NCBI GenBank assembly: GCA_964187785.1
Contig: OZ076409.1
Location: forward strand, 66,962,001 to 67,026,000
Source: Amphiscolops sp. MND2022
Lineage: Eukaryota
DNA length: 64,000 nt
Direction: 5' to 3'
Shown: positions 58,113-64,000 of the stretch, piece after piece
Numbering within the stretch: the stretch's first letter is position 1
Layout of the letters: the number at the start of each line of letters is the position of its first letter
Program-made: the position numbers and the translations under genes
The notes under the pieces: generated by a model
The model's input: the letters and a program-made list of their open reading frames with translations, nothing else
What the model was told of the DNA's origin: nothing
Databases searched by the model: none

Positions 58113-61100
58113 ATGGCCCATTGCCCAAACAATTCAGCGCCTGCAACAGGGTCTAATAGTGCAAGGCCCCAGGAATCTGCGCGAGCGCAGAGGGTCAATC
58201 AGGCCCAATATGTCGAAGAAAGGCTGCGGGACGGTCTTTCGCCAGTAGCCGTAGCTGGGGTGGCTGCCCTACTGACCCAGCTTGAATCGATGCAAATGCT
58301 GCCAAATGCATCTTTGTCAATCACTACGGAGGTGGCAGGCTATCGTCGCACCTTGACGTGCACCAACAATGCCTGGGATGGGCACGACCTGACTCACCAG
58401 TTCTTGGACGAAAGATCAATCGCAGTGCATGGCCCCAGCCAGGGCACCAGATTCGAACAAGAAGCATCACTGCGTATGATCCCCGTCAACGTCCCATCGC
58501 TGCCTTCCATTTCGGCACCAAATCCAGTGCAGACGACGCCGCATTCTAGCTCGATTGCTTATGGGGCACCATATGGAACCCGGGCAACGACGACGCAAAA
58601 CATTACCAATCAACCAGCCTCAAGTCGGGAGCCCTCGGGGTCCCAACTGCCATCAGTGCCTAATCTAAATCTGATCGGACGGAGTGCCAGCGAGCAAGCG
58701 GTGATTGTGGCCCTGCAGGCTGTCGCCAACTACCCCAACTCCTCTGACTTCGTTCGTGCAGTTGAGCAAAGGATTCCCGGATTGGCACATTACTTGCAAG
58801 CCGCAGCTCAGCCCTCGGGCTGTGTCACCCCACCCACCACCCTAGCCGAAGCTGTGTCTATGGAAGCAGAAACTACGGCTGGACCAAGCACCGGCGCCAT
58901 AACCTATCCCCGTGAGGAAACTGGACGGAAGCGACTTACTGAGGAAAACATCGTCGCTACACGCCATGATTCCGTGACCGACAGTCCGACCAGTCGTCCC
59001 CCTCCGGACAAGCGAGCAGATGTACCCCACCAGTCGCAAATGAAAAGTGTAGTGGTCGTGAGGCCTCCATATCGCGTCGGCCACCTAGGCGTAGGCGCGC
59101 CTCAAATGTCCCTGGAAGAGGCCATCAACCGCTACGGCAGTGTGGATGCGAATCCTGAAACGAATCCTGTGCCCTTGGGCACAGGCTCTGCCAACATGTC
59201 CCTGGAGGTGCCCGAGACAGTCGAAGAGACCAGTCCTCCCGCCTTTCTTCCCCCGTCCGATGATGTATCCGGCTCCGTGGTAACTAGCGATAGCAAACGC
59301 ATCTGGATGGCGGCAGAGTGTTTGCACCCGAACACATGTGCGATTAGAAGGAGAGCACCGCCGTCGGACGCCGAGCAAAGAGAGGTGAGCAGAATCACCA
59401 TTGCGGCTCAAATAACTCGATCGCTACGTGCCCGTGATGCGGACCTAAGTGAGCAAGCCTGGGAACAGCGTGCTCGAGAGCAACTGCCCGCCACACCCAA
59501 CAACTACATGGCTCGCCTGCAGCATGACCTCACCGAGCAATTTCCCGCTAGGTACATATTGCACGAAGGAGAAACCTGGGAAGCAAACGCCCGCTACGCT
59601 CGCAATATCAGGTCAATGAAGCCCCTCTTGAAAGCAGCTCTGCAGCGTGCGCGCTATTGTGTGGCAGTAGATTCGACACTCAAGAGTGATCTGCCCATCG
59701 ATAACCTTCTGCCCGATGTGCTGGTGTTAACAATGCCACTCTCCCGCTTCGCCGAGGTCGCAGAGATGGTCGCGGTTATGTACGACCCAAACCTGAGAGG
59801 GTCCCTAAGAGAGCCGCCCCCGCGACGTGTAGTCTCCACCAACTTGATCGACCACATGGCTTGTGAAGGACTGCTACACAACCTGGATGCCCTCATGGCA
59901 GATACCCGTAGACCTGGGAATGTGGCGACCTTAGTAAACGTGGTTGCAGACGCAATGGAGCGTGCAGCAGGGATCCTTCGGGGTCGTCTGGGAGCGCTCG
60001 CGCTCTTCACATCCCCGCCGGGATTCATGTATTGGCAACGAAGCTTGCAGCAATTTGTGTACATCTTGTCTGAGGTATGTAAGGCGCGCCGAATCGAGTT
60101 TGCTATTTGTGCGCCAAACCTCCGGGTTGATCGCGGAGACCTACGCCCCGATGCATTGTCATACCCCGCCTTCTTTGCTGCCGTATCAAGAGTGCTAATC
60201 ACTGTGGAACGCTCGGGAAATGCACAACTGACTATCGACGACGCCGTACTGTTCGACCATGGAATGTGTATGGGGCGAATGGCCTTCGACTTGGACGGGA
60301 ATCGCGTCATGCGAGCATCTAACATGAGTGAGCGAGAGGCCGTTCGACGCTACAACTGGTTGGTGCGGAAGGACAAAGAAATTCCCGTACGAGCAGAGCT
60401 GGCAGAGCTCGTGAAGGAAATTGAAACCTGGCCTGCCACACGCACGGTCGAAAGGACCATTCCCCAAATTCGGTTTGCCGCGGGAATAGAGCCTGTCAAG
60501 TTGCCCGTGGGCATGAGGTACGTCGTGGCTATAGAGGCGACTAACTTGAAGACTGAAGTAGATGCCGCCGGAATAACGTATGCCGAATGGTATCAGTCCA
60601 GATTCGTGGACAGGACCTTGGCCGAGGTAGCTCAAGAGCTTAACTGTCCCTTGGAAGCCTTTTGTACCAGTCTCGGACTAGGCTGGAACATTGACGTAAT
60701 AGCCTCTGAGTACTTGCTCACCAATGTGCAGACTGACAAATTGTTGGAAACCATCGGCGAAACTACTGTAGGAGAGATGTTAGCGCTCGCGCTAACCATG
60801 GGCCCGACGAAGTTTGTGGCAGGTCCCCTGGCTATGTTAGTCGAGTTGGTAGTATCCAGTGATCTAGTCACCTTTTACAGCTACCTGATCCTCGCGCAGG
60901 GACAGCTACGCAGCCTAACTCGATGGGGCCACCTCCTAAATTCCAAGGACCAGCAAGATTATGTCACCCAGCTGGAACGCATGCGTGCGTCCCTCCAACA
61001 TTGGTTGTATTCCACCCTAGTGTTCGCCTCTGGCTTGTTCGTAGGCGTGGATCAATCGCAACCCCTCCACCATTCCGAGCGTCAACTCCCTGCGGAAACG

Positions 61101-61298
61101 GCGGGATTCCCCATGCCTCAGCAAATCGCCGATTTGACTCTGGCCGAAGTGGAGGACTTCGTGGCCGTTATGGCTTCCGTCCTGGCTCCAATCTTCGGTG
61201 CGGTCGGTGTGTGCCGGTATCCCACCAAACCATTGGCGAGAGCAGTACAGTGCATATGGTCTCCTCCTGCACCTATCTCCAAGGACGCCCCCCACTGA
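58113..61298 (+). CDS. Extra ORF2 in the env position (1061 aa): low-complexity N-half, SGNH/GDSL-esterase-like domain (~59652-60200), hydrophobic C-terminal helices
   Basis: Long intact ORF between pol and the 3' LTR; SGNH-like blocks CVAVDSTLK, LTMPLSRF, RVVSTNLIDH, LFTSPPG, EVCKARRIEF, GDLRPDALSY. Confidence 0.8.
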   Translation: MAHCPNNSAPATGSNSARPQESARAQRVNQAQYVEERLRDGLSPVAVAGVAALLTQLESMQMLPNASLSITTEVAGYRRTLTCTNNAWDGHDLTHQFLDERSIAVHGPSQGTRFEQEASLRMIPVNVPSLPSISAPNPVQTTPHSSSIAYGAPYGTRATTTQNITNQPASSREPSGSQLPSVPNLNLIGRSASEQAVIVALQAVANYPNSSDFVRAVEQRIPGLAHYLQAAAQPSGCVTPPTTLAEAVSMEAETTAGPSTGAITYPREETGRKRLTEENIVATRHDSVTDSPTSRPPPDKRADVPHQSQMKSVVVVRPPYRVGHLGVGAPQMSLEEAINRYGSVDANPETNPVPLGTGSANMSLEVPETVEETSPPAFLPPSDDVSGSVVTSDSKRIWMAAECLHPNTCAIRRRAPPSDAEQREVSRITIAAQITRSLRARDADLSEQAWEQRAREQLPATPNNYMARLQHDLTEQFPARYILHEGETWEANARYARNIRSMKPLLKAALQRARYCVAVDSTLKSDLPIDNLLPDVLVLTMPLSRFAEVAEMVAVMYDPNLRGSLREPPPRRVVSTNLIDHMACEGLLHNLDALMADTRRPGNVATLVNVVADAMERAAGILRGRLGALALFTSPPGFMYWQRSLQQFVYILSEVCKARRIEFAICAPNLRVDRGDLRPDALSYPAFFAAVSRVLITVERSGNAQLTIDDAVLFDHGMCMGRMAFDLDGNRVMRASNMSEREAVRRYNWLVRKDKEIPVRAELAELVKEIETWPATRTVERTIPQIRFAAGIEPVKLPVGMRYVVAIEATNLKTEVDAAGITYAEWYQSRFVDRTLAEVAQELNCPLEAFCTSLGLGWNIDVIASEYLLTNVQTDKLLETIGETTVGEMLALALTMGPTKFVAGPLAMLVELVVSSDLVTFYSYLILAQGQLRSLTRWGHLLNSKDQQDYVTQLERMRASLQHWLYSTLVFASGLFVGVDQSQPLHHSERQLPAETAGFPMPQQIADLTLAEVEDFVAVMASVLAPIFGAVGVCRYPTKPLARAVQCIWSPPAPISKDAPH

Positions 61299-62392
61299 CC
61301 TATCAGCGAATCGTGCAGGCTGTATTGAGTGGCGAGATGCCGCATGGGTACACCACCTTGAAGTCGGAGAAACAGCTGGAAGAGAATTTGATGGGTCTAT
61401 TGCGTGCCCGCACACGAAAGGCGTGCCCTTTGCCACGAGAATACGGCCCAGTCAACTGGTACTCCGCGCCTCTCAGCCTGAATGGAGTCCCCTTTAGATT
61501 CCCTTGGTCGCAGGAGTTCATACGCAAGGTGATCCGTGCCAGCACTAGTGCTGGTCCACCAATAGATCCCCTGTACGCCTTCAAATGCATCACCTTCCCA
61601 AATCACTATTGGAAGGAGCCACTGGGATGGCCCAGAGCAAAACCCGTTGGTCGCGCCCCTGAAGCTTTCAATCGACAAATCCAGTATATGGAATTGGCTC
61701 AGATCCCAAACTGGATAGAAGGAGCAGCTCAGACTCGTCAGAGGAATCTGCAAAGTCGCGTAACTCCGTTCCCTAGAAAAGCTGCCTGGCGACCGCAGGC
61801 CAAGATGACAATGTCAGGGGATATGTCCATCGTCCAACACGATGAGATCAATTCCGTGCTAGGCCCCGAAGCCCGCGCAGAGTGGGAAGGACATTGCTTG
61901 GAGCTGGAGATTGCCAGCTTCCCAAAATGGAAGCGAGCTTGCGAGCTCTGGAGTCAGCCTGGCTGGGTCTCCAAACGAATATCCTTGGCCGTGGAGAGTA
62001 GAGCTGAACTCGAGAGACAACAGGCGTTCGCGCCTGCCATGCTGGCACCCACAATGGCCATGTCACTAAGTCAGCCCATCGACCGGCCCGTGACTCTGGA
62101 TTTGCCCACTCATATTCTGCAGCCAGAGCCTGTGAGTCCACCATCGACACAGGCCAGTCCTCAGTCATCGCAACCCCAAACCGGAGAACACGCCGCTGAA
62201 CTGACCCCTAACACTATCCTGGTGCCGCCGATCGCCGATTTAACGCTCCCAGAAGACCTATCAGACTCGGAAACAGTAGTTACTGTGGTTCCTGCTCAAC
62301 GTAGAGCGTCAGTTGCGTCGGAAGATGCCAGCAATCCAGGAACTCCCGATGATGCCATAAAGAATCGAGCTCGACGCAGCTCAGCCCAATAA
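60923..62392 (+). CDS. Extra ORF3, in the -1 frame overlapping the ORF2 end; probably the C-terminal part of one ORF2/3 protein
   Basis: 489-codon open frame; protein-like sequence from ~61256 (MVSSCTYLQGRPPLTYQRIVQAVLSGEMP). Confidence 0.65.
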   Translation: MGPPPKFQGPARLCHPAGTHACVPPTLVVFHPSVRLWLVRRRGSIATPPPFRASTPCGNGGIPHASANRRFDSGRSGGLRGRYGFRPGSNLRCGRCVPVSHQTIGESSTVHMVSSCTYLQGRPPLTYQRIVQAVLSGEMPHGYTTLKSEKQLEENLMGLLRARTRKACPLPREYGPVNWYSAPLSLNGVPFRFPWSQEFIRKVIRASTSAGPPIDPLYAFKCITFPNHYWKEPLGWPRAKPVGRAPEAFNRQIQYMELAQIPNWIEGAAQTRQRNLQSRVTPFPRKAAWRPQAKMTMSGDMSIVQHDEINSVLGPEARAEWEGHCLELEIASFPKWKRACELWSQPGWVSKRISLAVESRAELERQQAFAPAMLAPTMAMSLSQPIDRPVTLDLPTHILQPEPVSPPSTQASPQSSQPQTGEHAAELTPNTILVPPIADLTLPEDLSDSETVVTVVPAQRRASVASEDASNPGTPDDAIKNRARRSSAQ

Positions 62393-63127
62393 ACCCTGCC
62401 GCCAATGGGAGCGTTCGCGCTCCCTATAGACTCTAAACTCTGCCGAAACTGTGCCTTCAAACTTATCGCTTTAACCGGTGCTACCCGTACATGGTGCAAT
62501 TTTTTGTTCATAGTTATTACTTAGTTACTGTACTGTTAGTAATGCGCTGGGTGTACGGCCAATAGAGTGCGCCTGCCCCAGCTGCTTCGCCTACGAAAGT
62601 AAAAAAGAATCTATTACCAAAGAAAAACTGTTATTTCTGTTGCGCACCGTTCGCGGTGTTTTTGAGTTGCCATAGTCAAGAAAAAGTCTTAGCCTTTTAG
62701 TTACGATTTTTGCCGTTTTTCCTTGTGTTTTGGTGTTCAAGCATCTTCTATCGACTGTCTAAGGAGTAGCCGAAACGGCGCCCTCCCAAAACAAGTTTTA
62801 CGTTGTCCGAAATTGACCGAAAACTGTAAATGTCAAGTTGCATAAAAAAGGAGATTGTAGCTGACCTTGGTCGCAAAAGATTTTTTTAGCGAAAACTGCT
62901 TGCCCAAACGAGTTTTAACCGACTGAAAACCTTAGCTCTCGAGCTGGTGCTAAAACCTCGTTTGCATTTTTGTACAAATACCCAGGCAGTAAAGTTTTCC
63001 TTGAAAAAAAACCGCGAAATTTGACAAAAATAGTTGCTGAAAAACAAGGACTCGTCCTTGTCCCCTGTGGTGTGGATGATGGTTCCCAGCAGTCACTGCG
63101 ATGCCGTTTCCAGACGAGGCCAGATGC

Positions 63128-63166
63128 CGCTTGCCAGGGACGACAAGCCAGAAGCCCGGGGAGTGA
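63128..63166 (+). promoter_or_regulatory. Pre-PPT hairpin and polypurine tract
   Basis: GCTTGCCAGGGACGACAAGC..GCCCGGGGAGTGA immediately before the 3' LTR; homologous to 40214-40249. Confidence 0.75.
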
Positions 63167-63881
63167 TGTAACGGCAACTGCCCATGTCAAAATTTTCGAA
63201 GCAAAAATTCGTTCAAATCTGACGTGGCACTCAAACATGCTCCAGACGAAAGACCTGTCAGAAAAGCAGATCAGAAATCAGAAATCGCCCCCCGCGAGAG
63301 ACGACGAGAAGAGAAGACGTAGAAAGCAGTCCCTAGAACACGGTGATGTGCCCATCTTTGGCGTTTACACTACGTAGGTAACAGAAACCGGTGTTCCAGA
63401 TGCTCGCCTGAAGATCCTGCGGTGTCCGGTGCGGTGACGAGCGCTAGCGCTGGGAAGCCATGGTCGATTCGCTCCTGTTAAATAACTCGAACTTGTGATA
63501 TTGTTATGTCTATTGTGCTTTCCTTGTTGTAGTAGATTGATATGCTCGAGAGCTGCCCATTTACATCTATGGTTACCCCTTTTTGATGTCGATTTTATCA
63601 GATTCTCCAATACTATGGCTCAACATCCTCCTGTTTTCAGTCCCTTTTTTAAAGGCTAATTGAGCAGTGGTCTTGAGACATGCAAGATGCCCGTTACTTT
63701 TAGCAGTTACAGACTAGGACCAGGCCAGAGAGTTTCCAACAAGACGGTTCCCCCACCTTGGGACTGGCTCCTTCGGAGGGAAAATGAGCTAGGGCCGCGG
63801 AGATCTAAGTCCCGGATTATATTCGCTGTTCTAGTTCCTCCACTCTACGTTGCGGTTCAAGCGCCAGCGCTTATCGTTACA
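63167..63881 (+). repeat. 3' LTR (715 bp)
   Basis: Near-identical to 44988-45701. Confidence 0.97.
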
Positions 63882-64000
63882 TAGTGTTTATTTTTTTTTT
63901 CTAAAACATACAAAAGCTGTGATTTAATTGTGTCATAGCAACAAAAAAGTTTTTTGTTGCCGCGTTATGTCCTTTTCTTCCAATAACTCCGAAAAGCGCA

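Larger units (their letters stand above)
44988..63881 (+). mobile_element. Giant intact Ty3/Gypsy LTR retrotransposon (~18.9 kb) with extra ORFs
   Basis: LTRs 44988-45701 and 63167-63881 (TGTAACG...CGTTACA); PBS; PPT; domain order PR-RT-RH-IN; uninterrupted gag-pol. Confidence 0.97.

Noticed and set aside
58113..62392. Classical retroviral env gene
   Set aside because: No signal peptide, no clear furin site plus fusion peptide, and no ectodomain/C-terminal anchor layout

Overview
AT-rich eukaryotic (metazoan-like) genomic DNA dominated by transposable elements, with a 200-N scaffold gap at 44188-44387. No prokaryotic operon, rRNA or CRISPR array is visible. The main object is an apparently intact, very young, giant Ty3/Gypsy LTR retrotransposon of about 18.9 kb (44988-63881; 714/715-bp near-identical LTRs). 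It encodes one uninterrupted ~3,140-aa polyprotein: Gag-CCHC, a degenerate protease-like repeat, protease, a dUTPase-like linker, RT, RNase H, integrase, AT-hook, a Cys cluster and a C-terminal TARG1/OARD1-like macrodomain. A large extra ORF pair sits in the env position and contains an SGNH/GDSL-esterase-like domain. About 4 kb upstream lies a 5.5-kb non-coding LTR element (35518-41004). It shares the same 18-nt PBS, an unusually long LTR-PBS spacer, the pre-PPT hairpin and ~180-bp phased internal repeats, so it is a likely non-autonomous partner. Also present: a near-full-length CR1/L2-group LINE, a 2-kb solo LTR that carries coding sequence, a decayed Gypsy element, hAT- and CMC-like MITEs, tRNA-derived SINE-like heads and an abundant dispersed repeat family. 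Domain calls were made by eye from motifs and need HMM or structure confirmation.
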